A DNA stretch of 64,000 bases from Vicugna vicugna (Eukaryota), in the NCBI GenBank assembly GCA_013265495.1, contig MU058000.1, forward strand, positions 1,302,001 to 1,366,000. The letters are read 5' to 3'. The position numbers and the translations under genes are program-made. Positions 37,961 through 50,716 of this stretch are shown in pieces (positions within the stretch are counted from its first letter, which is position 1; each line of letters starts with the position of its first letter). The notes under the pieces are model-generated. The model worked only from the letters and a program-made list of their open reading frames with translations, searched no databases and was not told the DNA's origin.

Positions 37961-39569
37961 CGGGTCCCACTGGTACTAACATCTGGCCAAAAAAGTTCAA
38001 ATTTTATGATGTAAAGATCACATTCATTCCTAATTTTCAACTCTCTTGTTTTACTTTATATTCTTTGGTTTATTTTAATTGGGTTCTGATAGAGTGGGGA
38101 TGTATAGATATTTGCATTCAAATACTGTACGACCTAAACATTTTGTTTCTCCTTTTAAAAAGAATCTCTGAAACTGTTCATTTATACATTCTGAATTATA
38201 ACTATAAATGTACTTACAATAACCCAAGTTCTCAGATTGAAAAAAAAAAGATTTTTCTCTTGATTACTTGTACAGTCACATCTGAACAAAAGTGCATGGT
38301 TTTATGATAATCTTCTAATTTCTATATATAGTTTTTATTATACTTTATCCCAAATTTTTGCTTATAAAGTTTCTCCTAACATCTTTTAGGTCATTTGTGT
38401 TTTTCTTGGACTTTCATATCTCAAAGTGAATGAAAACACTTCATTATCATTTAGATCCCCTGCTTTTCAGTAAATCCTAAAGTTATTCAACAGGCCCAGG
38501 AGACTCACAGGCATGGATACTTATCAGTATATATATTACTGAGGAGCCAATATTTTCCTGGCTGGCATTTATTCCTCTCATTCACTAAGGCATTAAACTC
38601 TGTCATGTTTAAACATTTCATTCCTTAGAAAAAAATGAAAACAAATTAAAAAAAATATATATATAGTTGACTCTTGTCAGGCTTAGTTTTCCCCCAAGAT
38701 ATAAACTAAAAATTAAGGGAACTGAAGAAAAACATGCATTTTTAGTTTTTAAGCATGGAGAGTAGATAGAGAAAAGTTGTCAGTTACATAGGATTGAGGT
38801 CAACCTATAGTTTCATTTTGTGGCTGGGTGGTGTATAACTCCAAAGCTCTAAATTTTATAATGTGGCTCCATGTATAGGTTTGTAATTTTTTAATGATCT
38901 ATTTTGAGGATAGTTACGGGTGTTACAGTTAATTGTATCAATCCAGGATAGTTCAGATTTTGAAAGTCTCAGATACCACTATTCAAAGATATGTATCATA
39001 GCCTTGGGAAATAGCCTTTCTACCCAAATTCTATTTTGCTCTATAATCTGGCACGAATTTAAGCATTTTTCTGCTCTGCCCTTGTTTTGGATTTATTGTT
39101 GACATTTTTTACCGCTTACCCTTTTATATTTAAAATTAAAAGAATGGTGTGCTAAATGAGTCTTACTGCCTGCAATCTAGTATCTGCAGAGTGGCTGAAC
39201 TTAATGCCTCTTCTAAAGATAGAAAAGCTTGGTAAACACGGGGAGAAGGAGGAATGGTGGCTGAGGATAAATGAATGACTGAATGGGTTATGTAATGAGG
39301 GAAATCCAGTGTTGCATTAGCACCTCAAAAGAGGCTAAGAGGAAGAGATGATACAGTTTTTTTTAGCTCAATTGTACCTGATGCCTGATAGAGTGAAATC
39401 CATATATTGCTGAGACCATTCCTGCTTTTGGAACCTGACAAGATCAAATAGAAGCCTACAAACCTGAGTGGCCTCACCCTAGGAGACATTTTCATATGAT
39501 ATGATGATGTATTAGACTATTAATGACGGCATGGGATTTTAATAAGCCAGTACCTTTGAGTTGTACATT

Positions 39570-40072
39570 GTTTTGTTATAAAGGGTCCACGGCCAGAGAC
39601 CAAGGGATGGACTGTGACATCATAAGAATTACATGTTTGGTCTCTGCACCTGTTTTCTGGCACAGAGCTCCTAAGTCCACCATATGGGTAGTTGCCATCC
39701 TACTGTAATATCAGAGTGATGAGAGTGACATAAGCACCTTACACAGACCTCCTAAGTCCCTTGGCATTTCCTGGGGGATAGTAGCATCTTTGGTTCTAGT
39801 GAGGTGACCATTGGTGGGTTCATAGATAGTTCCTGGACGGGGACTGGTCACCAGAAAGACCAAGCCATGGTTGGAAACGTGGAATTTTCAGTCCCACATG
39901 GTATCCTCAGGGTGGAGGAAGCAGGCTGGAGATTGAGTTAATAACTGATCATGCCTATCGGATGAAACCTCCATAAAGATCCCTGAAGTATGGGTTCGAA
40001 GAGCATCCAGGATGTTGAATACATCTGTGTACTGGGTGAGTGGTGAATCCCAACTCCACAGAGACAGAAGAG
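39570..40072 (+). mobile_element. MER21-family LTR
   Basis: ttctggcacagagctcctaa..ggggactggtcaccagaaagaccaagcc..ggctggagattgagtt..catgccta..tgaaacctccataaa..cccaactccacagagacagaag. Confidence 0.75.
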
Positions 40073-40906
40073 ATAAAGTTTAGAGCATTATATGGTGATG
40101 AAAAATCTGTAGCTTTGTGGAAAAGATCCAACAGAGTAGAAAAGAACAAAGATGTAAGGCATTTAACTTTCTGGAAAAGAAGGAGTTGGGATAAAAATAA
40201 GTCAAAGTTTTAGACCTGAAAAAGTGATTATCTTTCTTTAAAAGTTGAGAGTAAGCAAAGTACATAGATTCAGGTGGAATGCCATTTTGAGGGGAGACAT
40301 GGTAAACTGCTGTTTATTACAACAGTGTGATATGTGAATGATGAAAAGCTTCTGATATATATGAAGTTTGTAAAGCCTCATTTAATGGCAAAGAATATAG
40401 AGATACACAATTGTATAATTAGTGCAGAAAATGAAGAATGTGAGACTCCTTTGCCATTTTTGTCAATCTTCTTTACTCTCTCATAGATCCTCCAGACTCT
40501 TCAAGTCTCAAGCCACATGCCAGCTTGTCTGCCCACTGATGAAAATCACAGAAATTTTCTGAGTGTTTCAATGATACTTGGTAAGTCAAAGGACAATTTA
40601 TCAGAAGTGTTTACCAATAGGCTCAAGGTTTAGATTTGTCTAGGGTTCATTCTTACAGCAGAAAAAAGGAAACAAATAGTTATTAATATCCTAACACTCT
40701 AACAAGTCAAGATCTGGCTGAGGTAATTTGTATTAATTGATTATATATTTGATATATACATTATTATCCCAATTTTATGGTTGAGAAAATAGAGATCCAA
40801 ATTTTAAATATGTCCTCTTGGTAAAGCAGAGTGAATGATGTTTTGCTGAGCAGCAGAACCAAAGGCCTGATTGATAAAGGATGGAAGTGGTCGCAAGAAG
40901 ACTGAT

Positions 40907-40974
40907 TGTGAAATTCTGCCACTGATACTTGGCTATCCGTGTGAAATTCTGCCACTGATACTTGGCTATCCGTG
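40907..40974. repeat. Perfect 33-bp tandem duplication
   Basis: tgtgaaattctgccactgatacttggctatccg at 40907-40939 and 40940-40972. Confidence 0.95.
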
Positions 40975-40979
40975 AGCAC

Positions 40980-41530
40980 GAGTGAAGAATGTTAGTAGTA
41001 CAATCTATTCAAGGTTTGGATATAATGAACCAATGTGTGTAAATGATTTGACCATTCAAGTGATTATCATGACAATGAGAGGAGTAATTGACCAAGACCA
41101 GGTTAGGGAGGCCAGTGGATTTGGAAAAGAACCACAAGCATTGTAGAGATAAAGAGAGACTAAGAGACTGAGGTAAAATTTGTACAACACAGTGAATGAG
41201 TAGAGGAAGTGGAAAGATGAAAGGCATGGTCAAGGTGGGGAAATTCAGAATTTAAGATCTTGAAAGTAGAGAAATTTCAAATAATGACAACCTCAAGATA
41301 TGGCAAACCAAATGAAAAAAAAAAAAAAAAGAACTCGAGCATTGCTGGAGTTCAGGAAGTGAAGATCTGTGAGGATGGCATTTTAAGGATCTTTGATGTG
41401 GAGATGAAGTTACCACCACCAGTCATAGAGGAAGTGGTGGACTGGAAGCTTATGCATAGGTAGGTAAGTTGTAGGAGTTCAGAAGATGGTAGTGAGATTG
41501 AGAAGAGGGTGGTTTAAAAGTGGGATGACA
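40980..41530 (-). mobile_element. Degraded L2 LINE (internal region)
   Basis: Purine-rich tract with L2 antisense motifs (tatttcaaataatgacaa..; atgtggagatgaagttaccacc). Family call is tentative. Confidence 0.45.
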
Positions 41531-42599
41531 GCTACCCATATGTTACCTTTGTGTGATTAGAAAATCTTTATGTTGCCATGGGCTGGGGCTCAGATTTTAG
41601 GTAGTGGTGCTTTTACTGGATTTCAGCTGCTACCTATGGGCACCTTTTGCATGGTACAATCACATCTATATTAATAGATAGTCTGAACTTTAAGTGAGAA
41701 AAGGCATTGAAAGATAGTAGAACATCCATGGTCAGCCAAGTCTTTGCAAATGCACAATCACATTTTACAAATTCATACAATAACAATATCAGATCATGTA
41801 TATACATTCTCCCACTCTTAGAGACAATGTAATCATTCTAGAGCCATGACTGCCAGCAAAAATAGTGATGAGAATTAAGTAATCCATTCTGCTTTTACCC
41901 TGTGTGCCAAATAGAGTGAGAGAAATGGCTTTTATTGCAGTGGGTTGCAAGGAAGGGTCTATCTCCCTCCTCAAATGTAAAATCCAGGTTTCACTTAGGA
42001 GGGAAATTGGAGCAGTGTTTGAAGGAGAGGCTTAAGTATAGGTCCTGAAAGTCCTAAAGTCAGGACCAGCTGAAGGAAAGACCTGGGTAGGGTAAGGAGG
42101 AATGGGCTGGAGTTTCTAGGACTGAGATTCCAGTGAGAAATAGCAGTGGAGTAGGAGTGTGAGCTCAGGATGATCATTCTCATCAACTCATTGAATGAAA
42201 CAAGAGGTTGATGAGTAGGATTTCCTACCCATTAGTGATGGGTTTGGAAAAACAGATGTAGAAAATGGGTAGGAAGAATTGTACTTTACTAGATCAACTG
42301 GCTCCAGAGATTCAAGTAAAATGTGCATTACTTCATGTCTCTGCACCTTATTTCCCAGAAAGTTTATATGCTTTTGCCGCAGTTGAATTCATGGAACAGA
42401 AAAAAAAGAGCTAGTGGTGTCATAGATTGGTATACTTGGCCCCAGAATTTGGGCATGATTTTAAAATAGAGGAGATAGGGTGGAAAAATGGGACTGGTAT
42501 ATATTTACCTGTTTTTAATGTATCCAACTTCAGTTTCAGTTAATTTTTTGTATTTTTTGTCATCAAGTTTAAGGAGTTTTGTTTTTATTATTTCATTAT

Positions 42600-42995
42600 T
42601 AAATTTTTGTTTTAATTTTTATTTTTATTGAAGTACAGTCACACTGGGTCAGTTTCTGGTGTACAGCACAATGTCCCAGTCATGCATATACATACATGAG
42701 TTCATTTTCATATTCTTTTTCATTAAAGGTTATTACAAGATTATTGAAAATAGTTCCCTGTGCTACCCAGAAGAAATTTGTTTTTTTAATCTATATGTAT
42801 ATATTGAAGTATAGTTAGTTTACAATGTTGTGTCATTTTCTGGTGTATAGCATACTGCTTCAGTCATACATGAACGTACATATATTTGTTTTCATATTCT
42901 TTTTCACCATAGGTTACTGCAAGATAATGAATATGGTTCCCTGTGCTGTACAGTATGAACTTGTTTATCTATTTTGTATCTATTAGTTTGTATCA
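42600..42995 (-). mobile_element. Camelid-type L1 3' end with two diverged tandem units
   Basis: Unit 1 ~42625-42790 and unit 2 ~42803-42980 share attgaagta.ag..gtca.tttctggtgta.agca...ttttcatattctttttca..ggtta.t.caaga..gttccctgtgct. Confidence 0.8.
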
Positions 42996-43064
42996 GGGTC
43001 ATGTACACCAACTAAGTACCAGCAGCTTTGTTACTACATTTCTGTAGACCTCCACAGAAACTCC

Positions 43065-43190
43065 TACAACTAGATTATGAATTTCCTGGCAGGGGATTAA
43101 GTCTTATGAGTATCTGCATTCCAGTGTGTAGCATAGTGCCTGACACAGATAGATCTCTAATATTTTTGGCTGAAAAAAATAAATAAATTG
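43065..43190 (+). mobile_element. L2 3' end
   Basis: ctagattatgaatttcctggcagggg..tctgcattccagtgtgtagcatagtgcctgacacagatag. Confidence 0.7.
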
Positions 43191-43453
43191 AGTCAGAATG
43201 CAGTCTTGTAGAATTGGAAGTTGTTCTTTACCTCTAAATCCTTTTATGTCAGATGTTCTCATTGAATTTTCAAGGTGGAGCATAAATGTCACTGTGTGTG
43301 GTTCAACCACATCAACACTAATACCATCTTACTCTTGTTATTTTAACTGAACTCGAAGTAACTGGGATCTGGTCTTCTTGTCTGATTGATAAGTAATCTG
43401 CAAACAGCTAAATGGACTGGTACAACTGCATGGAGCTAGCTGATCAGAGTCAT

Positions 43454-43510
<57 letters not shown>

Positions 43511-43548
43511 TCATCCATCCATCCATCCACCCACCCATCCATCCATCC
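43454..43548. repeat. Compound microsatellite (TCTA)14 + (TCCA/CCCA)n
   Basis: Direct reading. It explains the IYLS repeat in ORF 43412-43723. Confidence 0.95.
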
Positions 43549-45084
43549 CCCTGCAGACTACCAAGATAAGGAGCCACAGAGTTGCACTTATTCTAGAATA
43601 GAATGCTGGAAAGAGGAAATTAAAATTACAAGAAAGCCTGGGAGAAAAAAACACACACTGCAATTCTTGATGGCAATGATAGGAAACTCATTTAGAAAAT
43701 CAAGTGCCCTAATCAGTTTATAGTTTCTCTGGTGTAGAAGAACCAAACTATTTTATTCATGGGTTAAGCATTTCTCTCTAATTTTTAGAAATTGTGAACA
43801 GATGACAAATTATTGCATGAGTAGCACATTATGAGGACTGAGCATGCATGCTTTTATTTCATTGATTAATCTAATCTAACACAACACACACCAAAGTCCC
43901 TTATACACACATTTAATGGCGTGCATAATCATGATTGTGCTGCATAATAATTAGGCATTAAGTGATAAGCAGCTCCCATAAATTACTGTAATTAGTATTA
44001 CTCTTATACCACCACAGTGATTCTTTTTAGGTTTTCCTTTCTAATTTTGTTAATTTTTTAGTATCTATCATCAACACAAATGTCAGTGGTTTCCCTAATG
44101 CCATGTGTGACTTAATTATCATTATTCTTTGTCCAGAGTGAGGTCTCAATCAATGTTTGTTGGATTGATTTGAATAAAATCATCACACAGCAGCTAACAC
44201 TTGCTATGTTATAAAGGTAGACAACTTGAATTTGCTCTTCAGAGGTGAGGGCCTCTATGTGCATTTCTCAGGGTCAAATGCTATTTCCTCCACTCAGTAC
44301 CTTAGTCTCCTTACTCCCTCCTTGAAAGAGTCTTGAGTTTCAAGACTTGATGAAATGTTCATCAGGAAATGCTTGGCTGGAGCAGAAAGTCATGGCTGTT
44401 GATTACTCACTTACCTGCTGTGTAGCTCAGAGATCTGGAAATTGGGTCCAAGATAGAGCTCTGTATGAAGGGAAGGGAAACAGTGGAAATGTATCCTCAG
44501 TACTAAGCGTCTTACTATGTTGTGAAGAGAAACGAACTAAGAGATTAACTCGGTTTACCAAACGATTGAGTCAAGATCAAGTGACATGGGGAGAAAGTTG
44601 ATGACTGAAAAACCTTCAACACAGTCTGAACCAGTGATCAATGACACCTAATGTAAGATAAATGCAACTTATCTTCTGGGCAAACTTCCCCTTGAATAAC
44701 ATTGGAGTTGAGAGAACTCTCTTGATTTCAAAATATTTCCTCTTCTTCTACTAGCAGGAGGCAGAGCTTTCCTTCTAGAATCTGAAACAGTGTAAGAATT
44801 CAAATACTTCACAGAAAACATTTGTATAAGTAAGTTTCAACCAAATCTTAAAAATGAGACCAAATCTTTCCTTGGATTATTTAGGAGAGGAGGTTAAAAA
44901 GTAGCTGTGTAATGTTGACAGAAGTTCTGGCTGGGCAACTATTGACAGCCCTCACATGGCCTGGAATCTTGGTTTCTTAGCATCTTCATAGTAGTCACGT
45001 ACAGGAATTGTATTTAGTTGTTTCTTGGTAGAACAACAACAACAACAACAAAATCATAGGAGATAGAAGCTTTGGACGACTTTG

Positions 45085-45537
45085 TCTCCTATTGATGCTG
45101 TAACAAATTACTGACTTGAAATGACAGAAAATACATTATTTTATAGTTCAGTAGGTCAGAAGTCCAACATATGCCTCATGGGGTAAAACTCAAGGTACTG
45201 GAAGGACTGCATTCTTTCTGTCCAGGCTCTAGGGGTGAATCATTTCCTTACTTTTTCCAGTTTCTAGAGATCACCCACATTCCTTGGCTTGTGACCCTCT
45301 TCCTCCCTCTTCACAGCCAGAAGCACAGCATCTTTTAATCTCTCTTCTTCCTTCTTTTACATATAAGGACACTTGTGATTACATTTGGACCAGCCAAATA
45401 ATCCAAGGTGATTGTCCCATCTCAAAATCTTTAACTAAATCAACCTGCAAGGTCCCTTTTGCCATGTAAGGTAACACCTTTACAGGTATGGAATCAGGAT
45501 GTGGACATTTGAGGGGGACATTATTCTGCTGACACAT
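45085..45537 (-). mobile_element. MaLR LTR MLT1C-type
   Basis: tcctattgatgctgtaacaaatta..ggtcagaagtccaa..ggctctaggggtgaatcatttcctt..tataaggacacttgtgattacatt..ccttttgccatgtaaggtaaca. Confidence 0.85.
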
Positions 45538-45575
45538 AAACTAACTGTCCATCTGACTCTATAGAGTACTAAACT

Positions 45576-46125
45576 TGTTACTGAACTGAACTTGGGGTCA
45601 CTTGCAAAGCCAATCTACTGATACCAGGCTGTGGTGAAGAAAAGTACATCATTTACTGCAGGTGCCAAGCAAAGAGAATGGGTGGCTCATACTCAGAAGA
45701 CCTGAACTCCCTGACGGCTTTTAGGGAAGACTTTTCAAAGGCAACATTAGGAGTGAGAGTTGCAGATGCCGGATCAGCTCATGGACATTTGTCTGATCAG
45801 TTGGTGTTGAAGTAATGGTGATGTTTTGGGAATCACAATTACCAATTCTCTGGTTCGAACCTATCTGGGGGTCTGCATGCGGGTGCTCAGTATGCAGCTA
45901 ACTCCTTCCATCTGGTAGGAGTTTTAGTATCTGCAAAACAATTTAAGGACATGGCTCAGAACATTATCTACAGCCCTTGAGGAGGAACTAAGGGTCCTTG
46001 ACTTTATTTTATGGCTAAACTATTATTATTTTGTCTTGATTGACTGTTTTCCTTTGTTTCTACATTTTCTCACTTCTCTGACTGAATTTGACCTTTGGAA
46101 CTTGAGGAAAGCCTGGGAGGCTACA
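45576..46125 (-). mobile_element. ERV1 solo LTR (laurasiatherian MER41-like group)
   Basis: tgttactgaac..aaagccaatctactga..tttactgcagg.gccaagcaa.gagaatgggtggctca..aagacctgaactccctga.ggctttta..ggatcagctcatggacatt..cccttgaggaggaactaa. Confidence 0.6.
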
Positions 46126-46439
46126 AGGAGGTAATCTGTCCCTGGGAAAGCCCTACGGGTCCCTAAGAAGGTCCCATGACTTTAAAACCTGTGAAAGGAT
46201 GCTCACCCACCCCTTTCTGGGGCAGTCACCTGCCTCTAGCCTTCTTAGGTTCCTTTTCACTTTAGAGTTCATGGTCTAATAGGGATCATTTCCCTGCATT
46301 CTGTCCAATGCAGGAACAGATTGTTGGTCATTGAGTTCCTGGGAGCCACTGTGTTTGTCACATTCACATCCTATAGATTAGACCTCCTGCTTGATTCTTA
46401 TGATGATTTTCAGGCTTAGGAAGCATGAGAATAATACTA

Positions 46440-46685
46440 AGAGTAAATATTTCTGTAACGTATTAGAGACTTTAAAATGTTTTACATGTATTAACTCAAT
46501 CTTCACCACACTCCTGTAAGGACAGTGCTATTATTATTGCCATTTTGCAGATGAGACAACTGAGGACAGAGAGGTTAAGGAAATTGACCAAGTCTACCTG
46601 ATAAATAACAGAGGTGGGATTCAAACTCATTCTGTCTCACTCTGGAGTGCATGCTTTAAATCACTACATTGCACATTGCTTCTCA
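46440..46685 (-). mobile_element. MIR SINE
   Basis: tttacatgtattaactcaatcttca..ccattttgcagatgagacaactgaggacagagaggttaagg..gggattcaaactca. Confidence 0.9.
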
Positions 46686-46851
46686 GGGTGAATGTAACAA
46701 AAGCAGAAATTAAAAACACAGATATCACTATACTAAACTAAAAATGATGCTGAAGCGATGGAGAGTGGGAGGGGGAGTTAGGGGAACATTTGAGGCAAGA
46801 GTGAACATTCACACACTCACACAGGAAAAAGAGAAGGAGAGAGTTCATAAT

Positions 46852-47015
46852 CTGGGCCACTGGGTATGAAACGCACTTTGTACACTGCACAAAGACACCC
46901 ATTGAGGGATCCCTGGGGACTGACCTAATGGCTCATTTGCATCCTGCTGCACTGACCAAGAGGGGATATCTCTTCCTACTTGCACAAAGATGTGTATAGG
47001 CCAGCAGCAACCATG
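46852..47015 (+). mobile_element. MER91A-like hAT-Tip100 element
   Basis: ttgtacactgcacaaag..cc..gaggg...gagggg..cttcctacttgcacaaagatg..tataggccagcagcaacc. Confidence 0.6.
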
Positions 47016-47918
47016 TTTATAAGCTGATGAGTATGTATGAGTAATTTTTTTGACTGGAGAAGTGGGTTTATCTAATAGATATTATATTAAAAGTTTCCAG
47101 AAATGTGCTTTCTAGCATTGGGACTGTTTGTTTCCTGTCAAAATTCCTAGGGAAGTATTTAAGGGATAAGAGCATTGGCTTATTGTTATAAGAGATGGTG
47201 CCCATATAGCACCAGCCCGTTCACCCATAGGCTACTGGACTCCTAACGTCTATGAAATCATTTCCTCTTTTGTTGTCAAGGGCCTAGAGATCAAGATTTC
47301 AGATGGTCTACCTGGGGCTAAAATTTTGTGATTTTGTTGAAACAAATAGTTCTTCAATGTAGAGATGCTGGAGAGATGTTTCCTTTCAAAGCCACTTTGC
47401 AATGCCCTGGTATCATTAAGTGGTATCTGCTTAGGCTGTTAGATTTATCAATTTCTTTACTAAAAGACATTCCATGGCAATCACATTAATCATTGATTTA
47501 TAATGACTAGATAGCAGAAATCCAATAATCAATGAGCTTTAATCCTGAAATATTAATTCTTAGTCACTTACACAGTAGTTAAAATATGTAACAACCTCCT
47601 ATTGCTTGTGCATTAAAACTGCTCTTTAACACAATGGCTGTTTCTGAAAACGCTTGGATGTGGGAAATAATTGCATTTCTATTGAAGCAACTAGAATGAA
47701 TCACAATTGGATTTCACATAAAAGGTTTTAATGCATAGACATTTCACATAATATGTTCCTAGGCAAGGGTTCCTTAAATAAAGCTGTTTTGTCCTCAGGA
47801 AATTTTATCTGTGATTCAGCTTTACCTCCTGTTAGATCAGAAAATCATGCTTTTTCTTTTTGTTTCCTTTTTTTTTTTTCATTTGCTACTTAAATTATTT
47901 CTAGGAATGTTATAGCAC

Positions 47919-48270
47919 TGCCATGGACTGAATGTGTGTGTCCCCCCAGCTTCCCCCAAATTCATATGCTGAAGTCTTAATTCCAGTAGGATGGTGTTTG
48001 GAGGTGGTTATGTCACGAGGGTAGAGCCATCATGGATGGTACTAGTGCATTTAAAAAGAAGAGACACAAGAGACATGAGGTCTCTCTCTGTCATGTGAAG
48101 ACACAGCAAGTAGGTGTCCATCTGAAAACCAGGAGCAGGGCCTTTACCAGACTCAAGATCTACCAGCACCTTGGTCTTGGGCTCCTCAGTCTACAGAGGT
48201 ATGAGAAATAAACTTCTGTTGTTTAAGCCACCAGTCTGTGGTATTTTGTTATAGCAGTCTGATAGCTAAG
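47919..48270 (+). mobile_element. MaLR LTR MLT1A-type
   Basis: tgccatggactgaatgtgtgtgtcccc..aaattcatatgctgaag..catgtgaagacacagcaag..tgagaaataaacttctgttgtttaagccaccagtctgtggtattttgttatagcag. Confidence 0.9.
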
Positions 48271-48286
48271 CACCTGCAGTCATTGC

Positions 48287-48672
48287 TGTAGTCACTCTGT
48301 AAAAGCAGGCTGAATCCCGACCCAAAATATGGTTTGAATGTCAAGATGATGATGCCATATGAACACTAAGAAGGTGTGAAAAGGTTCACTACTGACCAAA
48401 TGGGACTTTCTGGGGAATTCAGGGCAGGACTTCAATCTGGTCCAAATGACTTAGGGGAGGACAAGGGAAGGAGACCAGCACGGGCTTCTGTGGTGATTAG
48501 AAGTGTAGGGCTGGAGTAGGGGCTTCAGCCGGGGGTTTGAACTTCCCACCAGAATCAAAGGAGGGAGCAACTGGGGACCTTTAGTGTCAGCTTCACCAGC
48601 TGGGGGCAGAGTGAGAAAGGGGAAGGGGAGGCTTAAACACCAACAGCAGTCAGACATCAAAAAGAAGTCAGA
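48287..48672 (-). mobile_element. ERVL LTR (MER73/MER74/MER88-like)
   Basis: cccaaaatatggtttgaatgtcaa..tgatgatgcca..cactaagaagg.tgaaaaggtt..; ends cagtcagacatcaaaaa. Confidence 0.5.
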
Positions 48673-48859
48673 GTCTTTCAGTCTTTGATAGAACCTAGCT
48701 ATGCAACAGACTTTACCATCAATTCTTACAGAAATCACAATTTTTAACTTCTTTTAAGAATAGAAATTATATATATATATATAATAGCATGATCTGGTGA
48801 AAAAAGCAAGACCTAGAGCCAAATTGACCTGAACAAATGAGAGGTCTGCTGATGGCTTG

Positions 48860-49325
48860 CAGTGTCCATCAGGATTCAGTGCAGCAAACAGAATCCACTC
48901 GAGGTATTTAAAGCTGAGGGAATTTAATGTAGAGGGTCAGACACTTACAAAAATTATTAGACGGGCTGGAGAAACAGGTTCTAGGCAGTACAGCTGGAAT
49001 GATTCCAAGAGTTTATACAGAACTGCTCCCCTAAGAAAGTACTATTAGTGCTGTCCTTGCACGACAGTGGGAGAAAGCAGCCTCTTTGAGCCCTGCCCCT
49101 GCAACTGCCTCCCAGCATCTAGGAAGCTGGGCAGTGACACTGGACTGCTAGTGTAGTGAAATCCGTATTTTCATGGCCTTGCTTGCAAGAAACAAAAGCC
49201 AAGAGCCACAAGATGCTAGCTTCGGCCTCACTTTCATTGCCCACATTTTGCATAAATATATGTAATTGGTAAAAGTTAGTTCACATCTAAAACCCTACCT
49301 TGAAGCAGATCTAAGAAATATTTAG
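48860..49325 (-). mobile_element. Ancient LTR (LTR78/79-like)
   Basis: tgtccatcaggattcagtgcagcaaacagaatccactc.aggtatttaaagc..gggaatttaat; ends gttcacatctaaaaccctac. Confidence 0.45.
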
Positions 49326-50169
49326 TTGAGCTTGACATGGCCAAATGGAGGTTGACTGAAACAATCCAGAGGCAGTTGCCTCTCTCTGTGTGATCTGGGA
49401 GAAGCGTTTGAATTTTACTTTTCTCTTCTACAAAATGCATCTCTTACATTGAAGGGTATCCGAGGACTGGAGATCATGTAATTAAAATATCTAGTATGTG
49501 GTAATTGGCCAAATAACCATATCTCTTATTATGGCTATGTCTAACTATTTCTGAATTTTAGAAATCATTATACTGGAAATCTTAATAAGCAGTTGCTTTA
49601 TTGTAAAGTTTGTTATCAAAGAAACTTCACTTCAAGAGAGTCTGTGGCGATTGCAAAGCCCAAGTACTAATTTTAGCGATAAATAATAACAACATCGCAG
49701 TTTATAAATATTGGGACTCAAACCTATGCCTCTCTCCATTTATGCTTTTATGCACTAACTAATTCTGCTGCTCCAGATCGCTTTTGCCACCTCTTGTGCC
49801 CCCACTGTGCTGCCGACCCTCTCCAGTTGGGTGGACTCCAACTGGGTCTTCCCCTTGCCTGGTGCAACTTGCACCAAATGAGGCCATGTTTGGCAAAACA
49901 ACACAGGAATTTTAAGGAAGATCAAGGAATGGAGAAGGGAGAGCTCGTGTTCTAAAGACATCTTCTCCCAAAAGAAAGGAAAGTGGGGGACTTTGAAGGG
50001 GTAAGAGTGCATTACAATCAGTTTAACATTTTTAATATCAGCACCTCCCAGTCATCTCTGTTAGGAAATCAGTCATTGACCACTATAAGAATTTAGAGTA
50101 TTTGAATTCCAGAGAAAATCTCCTTGACCTTCCCCAGCTCAAGGCAAGTTATCCCCAAGGAGGAAGGAA

Positions 50170-50345
50170 GCTAACATTTCATGAGCTTGTACTATGGCAC
50201 CAGGCACATGCTGCATGCTGTACACAATGTCACCCCCTCTTACAAATGAGAACAGGAGGTTGAGAGGCAAACTGACACATTCAAGATTACCATTTACCCG
50301 GGCATGGGGACCGAATTTGAGACCTGCTTGACTGCAGAGCTATTG
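50170..50345 (-). mobile_element. MIR SINE
   Basis: gctaacatttcatgagcttgtactatg.caccaggcac..ttacaaatgag.acagg. Confidence 0.6.
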
Positions 50346-50384
50346 GTTCATAAACTGGCCCTGGCACTTGGAGGAAAAGGAGAG

Positions 50385-50716
50385 TTGGGAGACAAGAGGC
50401 AGCTGCTCTAGACTGGTAGGTGGCAGGTTTAACAAGCAAGGGAACTTCATGGGGCTTGTCTTGATGGGCTGTTAGACAAGCAGATCTCCATACTCGCCTG
50501 CCAGATTCTTAAAAGTTTGCATAGAGGCCTTAATGGGCTGTGGTCATGTAGTCCACCCAGTTGGTCTCAACAGCACATTGCTCTCTCAAGGCTGTGTCCT
50601 TGAAAATCGCTCTCAGTGGGCAGGATGTGCATTCTAAGGACAAGAGAGGGGGCTAAGAGCCCTCTGGTTGCCCGGGTCCAGCACGAGATCACATCCTCTC
50701 CATGACCTCCTCCAAC
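50385..50716 (-). mobile_element. ERV solo LTR (lineage-restricted, family uncertain)
   Basis: tctagactggtaggtggcaggtttaacaagcaagggaact..gccagattcttaaaagtttgcatagaggcc; reversed polyA/TATA-like arrangement typical of an LTR. Confidence 0.55.

Noticed and set aside
39661..39760. Direct repeat cacaga.ctcctaagtcc ~81 bp apart
   Set aside because: Internal to the MER21-family LTR and probably part of its structure.
21479..40974. 29-bp and 33-bp direct repeats as CRISPR-like arrays
   Set aside because: Each is a head-to-tail duplicate with no spacers, in mammalian DNA with no cas genes.
43412..43723. ORF with IYLS repeats
   Set aside because: Translation of the (TCTA)n microsatellite.
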